This document shows, piece after piece, positions 28,023 through 38,301 of a DNA stretch of 64,000 nt. Made by a program: the position numbers and the translations under genes. Source of the DNA: Acutalibacteraceae bacterium (GTDB lineage Bacteria; Bacillota; Clostridia; Christensenellales; CAG-138); the NCBI GenBank assembly GCA_963640685.1, contig CAVIAA010000001.1, positions 2,395 through 66,394 on the forward strand. Reading direction: 5' to 3'. Below the pieces are notes generated by a model. That model was not told where the DNA came from, made no database searches, and saw only the letters and a program-made list of their open reading frames with translations. Position 1 is the stretch's first letter. Each line of letters opens with the position of its first letter.

Positions 28023-28946
28023 TTAGCGCGGCAGCTTGCTGTACTCTACGGCTATACGGGAGGCTGCGCGGGCGTTGTTGTAGGCGAGCTGCAGGTTGGA
28101 GGCGAGGGATTCGCCGCCGGTGAGATCCTTTATGCTGGCAAGCAGGAAAGGCGTCGTGTTCTTGCCGTGTATGCCCTGCTCCTTCGCCATTGCGAGCGCC
28201 TCGTTTATTACGGACTCCATCTTGTCAAAATCCAGCTCGTATTCCTCGGGTATCGGGTTTGCAATGAGCACACCGCCCGCAAGGCCAACGTCCCATTTTG
28301 TCTTTATTACCCTCGCAGCTTCGGCGGGGTTCTTAAGGCGGTAGTCTACCTTAAAGCCGCTTCTGCGGCAGTAGAAGGCGGGGAAGTCCTCGGTATCCAT
28401 GCCCAGCACCGGCACGCCCATGGTCTCGAGGTACTCAAGGGTAAGCCCGATATCCAGTATGGATTTTGCACCGGCACAAACCACCGCGACCGGCGTGTGC
28501 GCAAGCTCCTGAAGGTCTGCGCTGATGTCCATGGTCTCCGTTGCGCCGCGGTGCACGCCGCCTATGCCGCCTGTCGCAAACACACGGATGCCGGCCAGCG
28601 AGGCTATGAGCATAGTGGTTGCAACGGTGGTAGCGCCGGTCTTGCCGGTTGCGAGGTACACGGCAACGTCCCTGCGGCTGACCTTGCCAACGTCATTTGC
28701 GCGGCACATTATCTCAAGCTCGTCGGCGTTAAGGCCAACCTTGAGCTTGCCGCCGATGATGGCGGTAGTTGCGGGCACTGCGCCTGCGCCGCGGACTATT
28801 TCCTCGACCTTGTGCGCAAAGCCCAGATTCTCCGGGAATGGCATGCCGTGGCTGAGTATGGTGCTCTCGAGGGCAACCACCGGCCTGTTTTCGGCTATCG
28901 CCTGCTGAATCTCGGGTGTGATGCTGAGGTAATCCTTTGTAGTCAT
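28023..28946 (-). CDS. psuG: Pseudouridine-5'-phosphate glycosidase
   Basis: VVALESTILSHGMPFPENL and GGIGGVHRG (indigoidine synthase A-like family). Confidence 0.9.
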   Translation of the reverse strand: MTTKDYLSITPEIQQAIAENRPVVALESTILSHGMPFPENLGFAHKVEEIVRGAGAVPATTAIIGGKLKVGLNADELEIMCRANDVGKVSRRDVAVYLATGKTGATTVATTMLIASLAGIRVFATGGIGGVHRGATETMDISADLQELAHTPVAVVCAGAKSILDIGLTLEYLETMGVPVLGMDTEDFPAFYCRRSGFKVDYRLKNPAEAARVIKTKWDVGLAGGVLIANPIPEEYELDFDKMESVINEALAMAKEQGIHGKNTTPFLLASIKDLTGGESLASNLQLAYNNARAASRIAVEYSKLPR

Positions 28947-28952
28947 GTTCTT

Positions 28953-30050
28953 TTATCCTCTTTCGGTAATAATATTTTCTATGAGCTCCGGGCAGATATC
29001 GGGGTTTATCGTGGTTGCCGAGGACACAGCCGCGGCTCCCGCCGCAAGGGCATAATCCAACGTCCGGTCTATGTCAAAGCCGTTTATGTAGCAGTATACT
29101 ACCGCGGCGGTGAAGGCATCTCCCGCGCCGGAGGCGTTGACTATGCTGTCAGCGGGGTGCAGGGCGCGCTGTATGCACTGACCGCTTATGTCCATATACA
29201 GGCAGCCCTCCCGCCCAAGGGATACGAATATGCGCTTTACACCACGGTCGAGAAGTATACCGCAGGCGGCCTTTACACCCTCGAGCGTATCGGTGTTTCT
29301 ATCGGTAAGCACGGCAAGCTCCATTCGGTTTGGCTTCAAGGTATGCACGCAGCCGACATACGGCTTGAGCCGTCTCGCATAGGCCGAGGATACGGGGTCG
29401 CAGAAGAGCGGCAGGCTGCTGCCGTATCTTGAGGCAATGCCGTCGATGACCGCCTCCGGCAGCGCCGGATCAAAAATGAGCAGTCGCGCCCCTTTAATTA
29501 TGCTGTCCCTGCGCTTTATGAACTCCATGTCCATATGCTGAAGCACCGACATATCCGAGAGCGCAACGTACATTTCCCCACGCTCGTCAAGCAGAGACAT
29601 ATAGGTTGAGGAGGGGTGGCCGTCAACCGTCATGCACTGGCTCATGTCTATGCCTGCCGCGGCGGATTCTTCGCGTATCATCCTGCCGTAAAGGTCGGAG
29701 CCGAGCGCGGTCATCAGCTTGACGCTGCCGCCAAGGCGGGCGAGGTTTTCGCATATGTTGCGTGTAACGCCGCCCAGCGATACGCCCATGCTGCCCGGGT
29801 TGCTGTCCGCCATTATTATCGGGTTTTTGCTGCGCCCGCATATGTCTACGTTTGCTGCGCCTATGCCAACTGCGTAGTCGCAGTCCTTTACAAGGTATAT
29901 CCGCCCACTTATATAGCCCTTCTTTTGCAGGTTGGATATATGCACGGCGACCGAGGTGCGGGCTATGTTCAGCCGTGAGGCTATCTCGCTCTGCTCAATG
30001 TCCGGCTGCTTTTTGATTATTTCGAATATTTCCCGCTCTCGGTTTGTCAT
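28953..30050 (-). CDS. psuK: PfkB-family kinase (pseudouridine kinase-like) fused to an N-terminal winged-helix domain
   Basis: N-terminus REREIFEIIKKQPDIEQSEIASRLNIARTSVAVHISNLQKKGYI. The PfkB motifs are GIGAANVDI and NASGAGDAFTAA. It is adjacent to psuG. Confidence 0.8.
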   Translation of the reverse strand: MTNREREIFEIIKKQPDIEQSEIASRLNIARTSVAVHISNLQKKGYISGRIYLVKDCDYAVGIGAANVDICGRSKNPIIMADSNPGSMGVSLGGVTRNICENLARLGGSVKLMTALGSDLYGRMIREESAAAGIDMSQCMTVDGHPSSTYMSLLDERGEMYVALSDMSVLQHMDMEFIKRRDSIIKGARLLIFDPALPEAVIDGIASRYGSSLPLFCDPVSSAYARRLKPYVGCVHTLKPNRMELAVLTDRNTDTLEGVKAACGILLDRGVKRIFVSLGREGCLYMDISGQCIQRALHPADSIVNASGAGDAFTAAVVYCYINGFDIDRTLDYALAAGAAAVSSATTINPDICPELIENIITERG

Positions 30051-30206
30051 AGCAACCTCACAACTTTAGTTTAATATAATTCAACTTGTGTTTAGTATAT
30101 CGCCGGAGAAGGTCTGTGTCAATAACCGAAGCCGCATTTTCCGGTTGTTTGAATGGCGATATAATGGTATATTGTTTTTGAAAATAACTCTTGAGGAGAA
30201 GGGAAT

Positions 30207-31700
30207 ATGCTGAGAAACGGTAAGCTGCTCATAGGCAGGGGAGACAATGAAACGTATATCGAGCCTAAAATGGCAAACAGACACGGGCTTATTGCCGGCG
30301 CAACAGGCACGGGCAAGACCATTACGCTCAAGGTAATGGCGGAGTCCTTTTCGGATATGGGCGTGCCGGTATTCCTTGCGGACATAAAGGGCGACCTCGG
30401 CGGCTGCGCGAAGAAGGGCGAGGCCGGAGAAAACATAACAAAGCGACTGATAAAGCTCGGTATACCTGCAGAGGAGTTTGAGCTGAAGGGATACCCCGTA
30501 AGGTTCTGGGACGTGTTTGGCGAGGGAGGGCATCCCGTTCGAACGACGGTCAGCGAGATGGGCTCAACGCTGCTCTCAAGGCTGCTTGGACTTACAGACG
30601 TTCAGAGCGGTGTGATGGACATTGTGTTCAGGGTGGCGGACGACAAGGGCTGGCTGCTTATAGACTATAAGGATCTTCGGGCAATGGTCAGCTATGTTGC
30701 GGAGCACTCAAAGGAGCTGCTCAACGAATACGGCAACGTTACCAAGCAGTCCGTGGGCGCCATACAGCGCTCACTGCTGCGCCTTGAGGACGAGGGGGCG
30801 GAGAGCTTCTTCGGCGAGCCGGCAATAGACATAAACGACTGGATGCGGACCGACGAGAGCGGCTGCGGCTATATAAACATACTTCATTGCGTAAGGCTGT
30901 ACCATTCGCCGCTGCTCTATTCGACATTTATGCTGTGGCTGCTGAGCGAGCTTTTTGAAACGCTGCCGGAGGTCGGAGATCTCGAAAAGCCCAAGCTGGT
31001 GTTCTTCTTTGACGAGGCACACCTGCTCTTTAAGGGCGCGCCGGCGGCACTTGTGGATAAGATAGAGCAGGTGGTCAAGCTGATACGATCAAAGGGCGTT
31101 GGCGTGTACTTTATAACCCAGTCTCCATCGGACATTCCGGATGCGGTGCTGGCGCAGCTTGGCAACAGGGTACAGCACGCGCTGCGCGCATATACGCCAT
31201 CGGAGCAGCGCGCGGTGCGCTCCGCCGCGCAGACCTTCCGTGCGAACCCGGCCTTCAGCACCGAGCAGGCCATAACCGAGCTTGCAACGGGGCAGGCGCT
31301 GGTGAGCTTTTTGAATGAAAAGGGCGTGCCGGGCGTAGTAGAGAGGGCAATGATACTGCCGCCGCAGTCCGCAATGGGGCCGATAGATGACGAACGAAGG
31401 CGGGCGGAAATAGAGGCGGACGACCTGTTTGGCAAGTATGAGGAGGAAGTGGATAACGAATCCGCATATGAGCTAATAACAGCCGAAAGGGAGAAGACGG
31501 CCAAGGAGGAAATAGCCGCGGCCAAGGAGCAGCAGAAGGCCGCAGCCGAGAAGAAGACCGAAAAGAAGACGGCTTCCGGCGGGCGCAAAAAGAAGACGGC
31601 CGCGCAGAAAATGGCGGACAGCGCCGTAAATACTATCGGCCGCGAGCTCGGAAAATCGATAACAAGGGGGCTGCTCGGCTCGCTTAAAAAGTGGATGTAG
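30207..31700 (+). CDS. HerA-like / DUF853 (YjgR-type) P-loop ATPase
   Basis: Walker A GATGTGKT, Walker B-like [12 protein letters not shown], and a C-terminal K/E-rich tail. Confidence 0.75.
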   Translation: MLRNGKLLIGRGDNETYIEPKMANRHGLIAGATGTGKTITLKVMAESFSDMGVPVFLADIKGDLGGCAKKGEAGENITKRLIKLGIPAEEFELKGYPVRFWDVFGEGGHPVRTTVSEMGSTLLSRLLGLTDVQSGVMDIVFRVADDKGWLLIDYKDLRAMVSYVAEHSKELLNEYGNVTKQSVGAIQRSLLRLEDEGAESFFGEPAIDINDWMRTDESGCGYINILHCVRLYHSPLLYSTFMLWLLSELFETLPEVGDLEKPKLVFFFDEAHLLFKGAPAALVDKIEQVVKLIRSKGVGVYFITQSPSDIPDAVLAQLGNRVQHALRAYTPSEQRAVRSAAQTFRANPAFSTEQAITELATGQALVSFLNEKGVPGVVERAMILPPQSAMGPIDDERRRAEIEADDLFGKYEEEVDNESAYELITAEREKTAKEEIAAAKEQQKAAAEKKTEKKTASGGRKKKTAAQKMADSAVNTIGRELGKSITRGLLGSLKKWM

Positions 31701-31768
31701 TGCAGACGGCATAAATCGCCAAATTGCGGCATAGCCTTACATACCAGACGAATTTGGGGGGTAGGGCT

Positions 31769-32470
31769 ATGATAATGCAGGCGCTGATCGACCTTTTTGG
31801 CGGGATATTCGCCTTTGTCGGGCATATAAGCGGGGGAAACTCCTTTCCGGAGCCGCTCAGCCCGCAGGAGGAAAAGGACTGCATAGAACGGCTGGAAAAG
31901 GGCGACGAGGAGGCGCGGCGGCTGCTTATCGAGCATAATTTAAGGCTTGTAGCGCATATCGCAAAAAAATACTCAGCGCCGAGGCGAGATGCCGACGATG
32001 TGATATCCATAGGCATCGTAGGACTCATAAAGGCCGTATCCACCTTCAACTCGCAAAAGGGTAATACCCTTGCAACATACGCGGCAAGGTGTATAGAAAA
32101 TGAAATACTGATGTCCCTGCGCGCAGAGAAGAAGCAGGCGGGGGAGGTGTCGCTGTCTGAGCCGATAGGCGTAGACAAGGATGGGAACGAAATATCGCTG
32201 TCCGAGGTCTTGGGCTCGGATGGGGATGAGATACATAATATGGTCGAGCTTGCGGTGGCGGGCGAATATCTCCGGCAGGCGATGGATAAGGTGCTTACGC
32301 CGAGAGAACGACGGGTGATCGAGCTGCGTTACGGGCTTTATGGCACCAGAGCCGCGCCGCAGCGGGAGATAGCAAAAATGATGGGCATATCCCGCAGCTA
32401 TATTTCCCGCATCGAAAAAAAAGCGCTGCACAAGCTGAACAAGGAGCTTGGCGGCAGGGATAACGAGTAG
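31769..32470 (+). CDS. sigK: Sporulation sigma factor SigK (pro-sigma-K), uninterrupted
   Basis: Pro-sequence MIMQALIDLFGGIFAFVGHIS followed by GGNSFPEPLS...LLIEHNLRLVAHIAKKY...LATYAARCIENEILM. This matches B. subtilis SigK better than SigE. A G-rich RBS lies upstream. Confidence 0.85.
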   Translation: MIMQALIDLFGGIFAFVGHISGGNSFPEPLSPQEEKDCIERLEKGDEEARRLLIEHNLRLVAHIAKKYSAPRRDADDVISIGIVGLIKAVSTFNSQKGNTLATYAARCIENEILMSLRAEKKQAGEVSLSEPIGVDKDGNEISLSEVLGSDGDEIHNMVELAVAGEYLRQAMDKVLTPRERRVIELRYGLYGTRAAPQREIAKMMGISRSYISRIEKKALHKLNKELGGRDNE

Positions 32471-32488
32471 GAGAGGATATAAGGACAT

Positions 32489-33370
32489 ATGGAAGAAAAC
32501 AAAAGCAGCATAAAATTCGGCCCTGCGGGCAACAGCGACAGCTTTTATCAGGAGGGACATACCGCAACGGTCGAGATGCCGAAATGGATAAGCGAAAGAG
32601 GACTGGACTGCTTTGAGTATTCCTTCGGCAGAGGGGTTAGAATGGGTGCCGAGGGCGCAGCCGCCGTCAGGGCGGAGGCGGAGAAATACGGCATACAGCT
32701 GAGCGTGCATATGCCGTACTTTATCAACCTTGCGACCGAGGACGAGGAAAAGAAAAAGAAGAACATCGGCTATTTTGTGGATTCGCTCAAAATTGCTGAG
32801 GCACTTGGCGCAAAACGGGCGGTGTTTCACCCGGGCTCCGCAACCGGCGGGGACAGGGGAGAAATACTTGAGCGCGCCTGCGGTTTTTTCCGGGAAATAA
32901 TAGCCGTGCTGGATGAAATGAAGCTGATGAGCGTAACGCTCTGCCCCGAGACGATGGGCAAGATAAACCAGCTCGGGAGCTTGGATGAGGTAATAACCCT
33001 TTGCAACGTGGATGAGCGCATATGGCCGACGATAGACTTTGGGCACCTTCATTGCCGCGGCCTCGGCGCGATCAATTCAAGGCAGGACTATGCCGAGATA
33101 CTGGACAGGCTGGAAAACGGGGTGGGGTTTGAAAGGGCAAGGACAATGCACGTTCATTTTTCCCGCATAGAATATACAAAGGGCGGCGAAAAAATGCACC
33201 ATACCTTTGCGGATACCCAGTACGGCCCAGAGTTCATGCCGCTTGCGGAGCTGCTTGCCGAGCGGAAATATGCCCCGGTTTTGATATGCGAGAGCAAGGG
33301 AACCATGGCAGAGGACGCAAAAGCCATGAAAGATATGTATTTTTCCGCTGTAAAGGCCTTGTTGAAGTAG
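32489..33370 (+). CDS. Xylose-isomerase-like TIM-barrel protein (endonuclease IV family-like)
   Basis: FGPAGNSDSF...SVHMPYFINL...AVFHPG...CPETMGK...DFGH pattern of metal-binding His/Glu/Asp residues. Confidence 0.65.
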   Translation: MEENKSSIKFGPAGNSDSFYQEGHTATVEMPKWISERGLDCFEYSFGRGVRMGAEGAAAVRAEAEKYGIQLSVHMPYFINLATEDEEKKKKNIGYFVDSLKIAEALGAKRAVFHPGSATGGDRGEILERACGFFREIIAVLDEMKLMSVTLCPETMGKINQLGSLDEVITLCNVDERIWPTIDFGHLHCRGLGAINSRQDYAEILDRLENGVGFERARTMHVHFSRIEYTKGGEKMHHTFADTQYGPEFMPLAELLAERKYAPVLICESKGTMAEDAKAMKDMYFSAVKALLK

Positions 33371-33465
33371 CGTGACCTGTGATATAATACAAAATGGTTA
33401 TAATCTGCACATGACGCAGTGTAGGTGATATACATGATACTTTTTACTTTGGAGGTAATATCCTT

Positions 33466-34023
33466 ATGATCATGGCTGGCGATTTCAGGAAGGGCGTAAC
33501 CGTAGAAATAGACGGACAAGTTTGGTCCATCGCCGATTTTCAGCACGTTAAGCCCGGCAAGGGCGCCGCATTTGTCCGTACCCGCCTTAAGAACGTTATG
33601 ACGGGCGCGGTGCTGGAGCGCACCTTCAGCCCGACTGACAAGTACCCCACAGCGCTGATAGAGACCAAGGAGATGCAGTATCTCTATAATGACGGCGATC
33701 TGTATTACTTCATGGACACAGAAACCTACGAGCAGCTCCCCCTCAACCACGAGCAGGTAGAGGATGCTATCAGCTACATCGTTGAAAACGACAACGTTAC
33801 CGTGCGCTTCTTCAAGGGCAACCCTTTCTCCGTGCAGCCCGCCAATTTCGTGACCCTTACCGTTACCGAGTGTGAGCCCGGCGTCCGCGGCGACACCGCG
33901 ACCGGCGCGAACAAGCCCGCAACGGTTGAGACCGGCCTCAAGATAGTCGTTCCTCTCTTCGTAAACGAGGGCGATAAGGTACGTATCGACACCCGCACCG
34001 GCGAATACATGGAGCGCGTATAA
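33466..34023 (+). CDS. efp: Elongation factor P
   Basis: [17 protein letters not shown]...[20 protein letters not shown] signature. Confidence 0.96.
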   Translation: MIMAGDFRKGVTVEIDGQVWSIADFQHVKPGKGAAFVRTRLKNVMTGAVLERTFSPTDKYPTALIETKEMQYLYNDGDLYYFMDTETYEQLPLNHEQVEDAISYIVENDNVTVRFFKGNPFSVQPANFVTLTVTECEPGVRGDTATGANKPATVETGLKIVVPLFVNEGDKVRIDTRTGEYMERV

Positions 34024-34055
34024 CACATTCTAATAGAAAAATTAGGAGGTCAACT

Positions 34056-34436
34056 ATGGGCTATATGAAAGAAAAGGTCGCATACCTCAAAGGCATGGCA
34101 GAGGGTATGAACATCGGCAGCGAGGGCAAGGACAAACTCCTCAGTGCTATGATATCCACTATGGACGAGATGGCCGATGCTATCGACGAAAACGAGGCCG
34201 CGATGGCTGAGATAGACGAGTGCTTGGACGATATCTACGATGAGCTGGACAATATCGACGATTATCTTTCTGATGATGATTCCGAAGAGGATGACGACGA
34301 TTTCGTAGAGCTGCAGTGCCCCGAGTGCGGCGAGACCATATACTTTGATGAGGATATGCTGGAGAGCGGCGAGGAGCTGCTCTGCCCAAACTGCAACGCA
34401 CTGCTGGTTCCCACCCTCGAAGAGGATGAGGAATAA
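34056..34436 (+). CDS. Acidic zinc-ribbon protein (resembles, from memory, 'CD1247 N-terminal domain' proteins)
   Basis: KVAYLKGMAEGMN... helical N-terminus, a D/E-rich centre, and a C-terminal CPECG...CPNC ribbon. Confidence 0.6.
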   Translation: MGYMKEKVAYLKGMAEGMNIGSEGKDKLLSAMISTMDEMADAIDENEAAMAEIDECLDDIYDELDNIDDYLSDDDSEEDDDDFVELQCPECGETIYFDEDMLESGEELLCPNCNALLVPTLEEDEE

Positions 34437-34470
34437 CAGCCGCAAAAACGAAAACAGCTTTAAGAGCAGA

Positions 34471-34495
34471 GGCTCGCGCTTTGCGCGAGCCTTTT
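34471..34495 (+). terminator. Intrinsic terminator
   Basis: GGCTCGCGC-ttt-GCGCGAGCC followed by TTTT. Confidence 0.75.
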
Positions 34496-34549
34496 ACAAG
34501 GCTTCCTTAACGGAGCACATCAGCGTAATACGATCAAGAGAGGATTCAA

Positions 34550-35140
34550 ATGCTTGCGAATATTGAGGCTTTGGCCTTGGGATATTTGATAGGAAACATA
34601 CAGTTTGCCGTGATACTGAGCCACGTTATGCACAAGGACGATGTGCGCAACCACGGCAGCGGCAACGCAGGCAGCACGAACATGCTGCGCGTATACGGCA
34701 AGCTGGCGGGTATATTGACCTTCGCCGGGGATATTCTTAAGGGCGTGCTCGGCGTGGTGATAGGCAGGCTGCTGGGCGGCGAGGTGTGCGCATGCTTTGG
34801 CGCGCTCGGCGTCGTACTGGGGCATTGCTACCCGGCCTTTTTCGGCTTTCACGGCGGAAAGGGGGCAGCGTCCTCGTTGGGCGCGATAACCGCCCTCAAC
34901 CCGCTTTTCGGCGGTATAGTAACATTGATCGTCGTCATCGTTGCAGCAATAACAAAAACGGTTTCCGCCGCATCCCTCGCAGGAACGCTCGGCTACCTTA
35001 TAATGTGCCTTATATGGGGCAGTAAGGCAAACAAGCTGCTGGCCGTAGCCCTGTTTACGATAATATATCTGCGGCACAAGGAGAATATCATAAGGATAAT
35101 AAAGGGCAGCGAGGGAAAGCTGCTGGACAAGGACAAATAA
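34550..35140 (+). CDS. plsY: Glycerol-3-phosphate acyltransferase PlsY
   Basis: GSGNAGSTN and HCYPAFFGFHGGKG motifs. Confidence 0.92.
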   Translation: MLANIEALALGYLIGNIQFAVILSHVMHKDDVRNHGSGNAGSTNMLRVYGKLAGILTFAGDILKGVLGVVIGRLLGGEVCACFGALGVVLGHCYPAFFGFHGGKGAASSLGAITALNPLFGGIVTLIVVIVAAITKTVSAASLAGTLGYLIMCLIWGSKANKLLAVALFTIIYLRHKENIIRIIKGSEGKLLDKDK

Positions 35141-35195
35141 TGCCGACACAAGCAAGGGCGGGGACGGGCAAAAGCCTGCAACCCCGCCTTTCTTA

Positions 35196-36191
35196 CTATT
35201 TTGCCTCTGCAATGACCGCCTCGCCGAAGCTGTTGTCGACGAGCTCCTCGAGCGGCACCCTTGCGGAAAGCTCACCTGCGCCCTCGAGTATATCCTGAAG
35301 GCGGGTAAAGGAATCCTCCGTCATGGTCGGCACCTTGGCCCAGGAATCCGTTTCGCGGTAGCTCTTTGCAACGGCGGAAAGGGTGTTCAGGTCGGTATCC
35401 GGGAAATAAGGCTGCATCTCCTTCGCGACCTCGGCATCGGTGGCCGCCCATACCCACTGCTGCGCCCTGTATATTGCCCTCACAAAGGCGGCAACGAGCT
35501 CCGGCTCCTTCTCAATGGTATCCTTACGCATCATAAAGGCCGTGTACGGCACCTCGCCGCTCTCGGTTCCCATGTTCGCAACTATATGCCCCTTGCCTTC
35601 TGCGGCAAAAACGGATGCGGTCGGCTCAAAGAGCGTAACGTAGTCGCCCGTGCCGCTTTCAAAGGCGCCTCCCATGAGGTTGAACTGTATGTTGCTTATC
35701 ACCTCGACGTCTCTGCCCGGCTCAAGCCCGTGCTGACGAAGCACATACAGCAGCGTCGAAAAAGGCATCCCGCCGGGACGTCCGGCAATTATTGATTTGC
35801 CCCTGAGCTTGGAAAAGTCAAAGTCCGGGTCCTCCGTCCGGCCGAGGAGAAAGGAACCGTCCCGCTTGGTCAGCTGGGCAATTATCATGGGATGATCCTT
35901 CTTACCCTGATTTACGACGTATATTCCGGTTTCCGGCCCCAAGAGCGCCGCGTCCGCATCGCCGGAAAGCAGAGCGGTCATGCTGGCGTCGCTGCCGCCG
36001 CCGGTGACTATATCCACCTCAATGCCCTCATCCGCAAAGAATCCCTTTGAGCAGGCTACATAAAGCGGGGCATAGAAAACCGAGCGAGTCACCTCGTTCA
36101 GGGTGAGCTTCCTCAGGCCGCCGTCCTTGGCGCAGGCGCAAAGGGAGAGAGGCAGGATAAGACACAGCAGCAGAGCCACAAGTTTTTTCAT
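35196..36191 (-). CDS. ABC-type substrate-binding lipoprotein (NMT1/THI5-like), orphan
   Basis: Start is the ATG at 36191 (MKKLVALLLCLILPLSLCAC lipobox) after GGAGGA. The longer track ORF would overlap pgsA. Confidence 0.75.
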   Translation of the reverse strand: MKKLVALLLCLILPLSLCACAKDGGLRKLTLNEVTRSVFYAPLYVACSKGFFADEGIEVDIVTGGGSDASMTALLSGDADAALLGPETGIYVVNQGKKDHPMIIAQLTKRDGSFLLGRTEDPDFDFSKLRGKSIIAGRPGGMPFSTLLYVLRQHGLEPGRDVEVISNIQFNLMGGAFESGTGDYVTLFEPTASVFAAEGKGHIVANMGTESGEVPYTAFMMRKDTIEKEPELVAAFVRAIYRAQQWVWAATDAEVAKEMQPYFPDTDLNTLSAVAKSYRETDSWAKVPTMTEDSFTRLQDILEGAGELSARVPLEELVDNSFGEAVIAEAK

Positions 36192-36254
36192 ATAAAACGC
36201 ATCCTCCATATCAGTTTGCTGACATGATATGCTGCGGCTCGCGGCTCGGTGAAC

Positions 36255-36280
36255 AAAAAACCGCCCGGTGCGGGCGGCTG
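36255..36280 (-). terminator. Intrinsic terminator after pgsA
   Basis: Minus strand: CCGCCCG-cac-CGGGCGG followed by TTTTTT. Confidence 0.7.
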
Positions 36281-36292
36281 AAAAAAAGGCGG

Positions 36293-36835
36293 CTATGCCT
36301 TGCGGCGCAAAAACTGCGTTCGCGCATAGTGTATGAGCGCAATGAAGGAGCAGGCTATTGACATACAGAACAGCGCGGTGCTGAGGCCGCATACGGCGCT
36401 GAGAAGCGGAGGAAGGCTGAACCTGTCAAGCAGTGCCATGGTTATGCTTGCGCTAAAGAGCACCGTGGAGGCCTTGCCGAATATATCGGAATAGGCAACG
36501 ACCTTTGAGCGGAGCATTATGAGCCCGCCCATGAGCATCAGGCTTTCTTTTGTTATGACCGCTGCAAGCATGAGCGGGTGTATCCATCCCTCCATATAAA
36601 AGCACACGGACACCACCAGCAGCGTTATTTTGTCCGCGAGCGGGTCAAGTATCTTGCCAAGGTCGGATACACAGCTATATCTGCGCGCTATCGCCCCATC
36701 CAGCACGTCGCTGAGCATTGAAACGGCAAACACGGCGACGCAGGAGGCGTATTCGCGCAGCGCAAAGTAAAACGCAAACGCTCCGGCACAGGCTATACGA
36801 ACAATAGTAAGAAGGTTAGGAAGATTTTTAATCAT
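36293..36835 (-). CDS. pgsA: CDP-alcohol phosphatidyltransferase (phosphatidylglycerophosphate synthase-like)
   Basis: DVLDGAIARR...GKILDPLADK, the D-x2-DG-x2-AR...G-x3-D-x3-D motif. Confidence 0.85.
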   Translation of the reverse strand: MIKNLPNLLTIVRIACAGAFAFYFALREYASCVAVFAVSMLSDVLDGAIARRYSCVSDLGKILDPLADKITLLVVSVCFYMEGWIHPLMLAAVITKESLMLMGGLIMLRSKVVAYSDIFGKASTVLFSASITMALLDRFSLPPLLSAVCGLSTALFCMSIACSFIALIHYARTQFLRRKA

Positions 36836-36924
36836 GTTAATTGTCTCCTCTGAACGTTCCTTTACTAATCATATCCAATATCGAGGCAAAAATAAAGCAT
36901 TTTTTAAAACAAACGGTTATTTCG

Positions 36925-36953
36925 TTGACACGCTTGGTAGTTGAGTATAAAAT
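36925..36953 (+). promoter_or_regulatory. Candidate sigma-A promoter
   Basis: TTGACA, 17-nt spacer, TAAAAT. Confidence 0.55.
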
Positions 36954-37016
36954 AAGTGAGGTTTGTATACTTCCCGGGCTTTGCTCGGGCGATCACAAGA
37001 GATAAGGAGAATTTCA

Positions 37017-38189
37017 ATGTTCAAGAACAAACGTACCCTCCGCGTATTTGCGGCGGCGATGACCGCTATAATGGCTGCCTGCGCCTTTGCGGGCTGCAGC
37101 GCAGTTGTAGAGGATCCCGTTGTGGCCAAGGTCGGCGATGTGGAGATAAAGTACTCTACCTTCTACAATGCCTTCACCACATATGCACAGTATGGCCTCA
37201 TAGATACCAGCAACTCCGAGACCGCAAAGGACGGCCGCCAGATGATAATGGATACGCTGGTCAACTCCGTTATACCCGTTGCAGAGGCGTATAAGGAAGG
37301 CATAGAGCTCTCCGAGGAGGAGACGAATACCGCAAAGGAAAGCGCCCTCACCGCTGCGAACAGCTACCTCACGGATTATGAGGACGAAACGATAGAGGAC
37401 GAGACGGAGCGCAGGGAGGCCGCAATAAAGGGCTTTAACGATGCACTTAAGTCCAGCGGCTTCAACTTTGACGATGTGCTTGCGGATATGGAGAAGCAGT
37501 ACATTGAAGATGCGCTTACCCAGAAGATACTGAACGAAAACTATGCCAGCATTGCAGAGCCTACCGATGAGGAGATACAGGCACGTTACGATGACGAGCT
37601 GGAGGCCGATAAGAAGAAATACGAGGAGGATCCCTCTCAGTATAGCACCGATATGTCCTACTATACCTACTACGGGACGCTCAAGCCGCTCGTAGCGCCC
37701 GAGGGACTGTACTATGTAAAGCACATACTCATCAAGAACGCCGACAACGCGGACGAGGAGGACAAGGACCGCGACTACAAGGCACTTGCTCAGGAGGTGC
37801 TGGATAAGGTGAACGCGGGCGAGGACTTTGATGCGCTCATCACCGAGTACAACGAGGATCCCGGCATGGAAAGCAACCCCGACGGATACATCATCGGCGC
37901 TGATTTCGAGGGCGTATACGACGACGCATTCCAGAAGGCGGCGGCCGAGCTCAAGAAGGAAGGGGATGTATCCGGCCTCGTAGAAGGAACATACGGCATG
38001 CATATAATCAAGCGCTATAAGGACATCAGCACCGATCCTGTTCCTCTGGACGAGGTCAAGGATGCGATAAAGGACGAGATCATGACCGAAAAGAAGAACG
38101 ATATGTACGACGATCTGATCGAGCAATGGAGGTCCGGTCTGGAGATCGTGACCTACGACAAGAGAGTGCAGTATGTCGGCGTGAAGTAA
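37017..38189 (+). CDS. PrsA/SurA-like parvulin-type peptidyl-prolyl isomerase lipoprotein
   Basis: Lipobox MAACAFAGCS. Parvulin core YYVKHILIK...GYIIGADFEGVYDDAFQKAA...VEGTYGMHIIKR. Start is the ATG at 37017 after AAGGAGA. Confidence 0.75.
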   Translation: MFKNKRTLRVFAAAMTAIMAACAFAGCSAVVEDPVVAKVGDVEIKYSTFYNAFTTYAQYGLIDTSNSETAKDGRQMIMDTLVNSVIPVAEAYKEGIELSEEETNTAKESALTAANSYLTDYEDETIEDETERREAAIKGFNDALKSSGFNFDDVLADMEKQYIEDALTQKILNENYASIAEPTDEEIQARYDDELEADKKKYEEDPSQYSTDMSYYTYYGTLKPLVAPEGLYYVKHILIKNADNADEEDKDRDYKALAQEVLDKVNAGEDFDALITEYNEDPGMESNPDGYIIGADFEGVYDDAFQKAAAELKKEGDVSGLVEGTYGMHIIKRYKDISTDPVPLDEVKDAIKDEIMTEKKNDMYDDLIEQWRSGLEIVTYDKRVQYVGVK

Positions 38190-38205
38190 AGGGGTAATTC
38201 ATCAA

Positions 38206-38235
38206 GGCTGCCCGATAATATTCGGGCGGCCTTTT
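38206..38235 (+). terminator. Intrinsic terminator
   Basis: GGCTGCCCGA-taatat-TCGGGCGGCC followed by TTTT. Confidence 0.8.
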
Positions 38236-38301
38236 ATGATGTTGCAATTTCGAGCAGGTTTCTGTATGCTATAAGCATATTTGAAAGGACATTGGTGCTT
38301 T

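Noticed and set aside
27963-29432. 489-aa plus-strand ORF.
   Set aside because: It is antisense to psuG and psuK, spans their intergenic gap and the terminator, and has no RBS.
30917-33052. Two long minus-strand ORFs (30917..31936 and 31973..33052).
   Set aside because: They are antisense to the HerA-like ATPase, sigK and the TIM-barrel gene, all of which have clear motifs on the plus strand.
36192-36392. N-terminal extension of the substrate-binding protein ORF.
   Set aside because: It would overlap the pgsA 3' end and its terminator. The lipoprotein signal peptide and RBS define the start at 36191.
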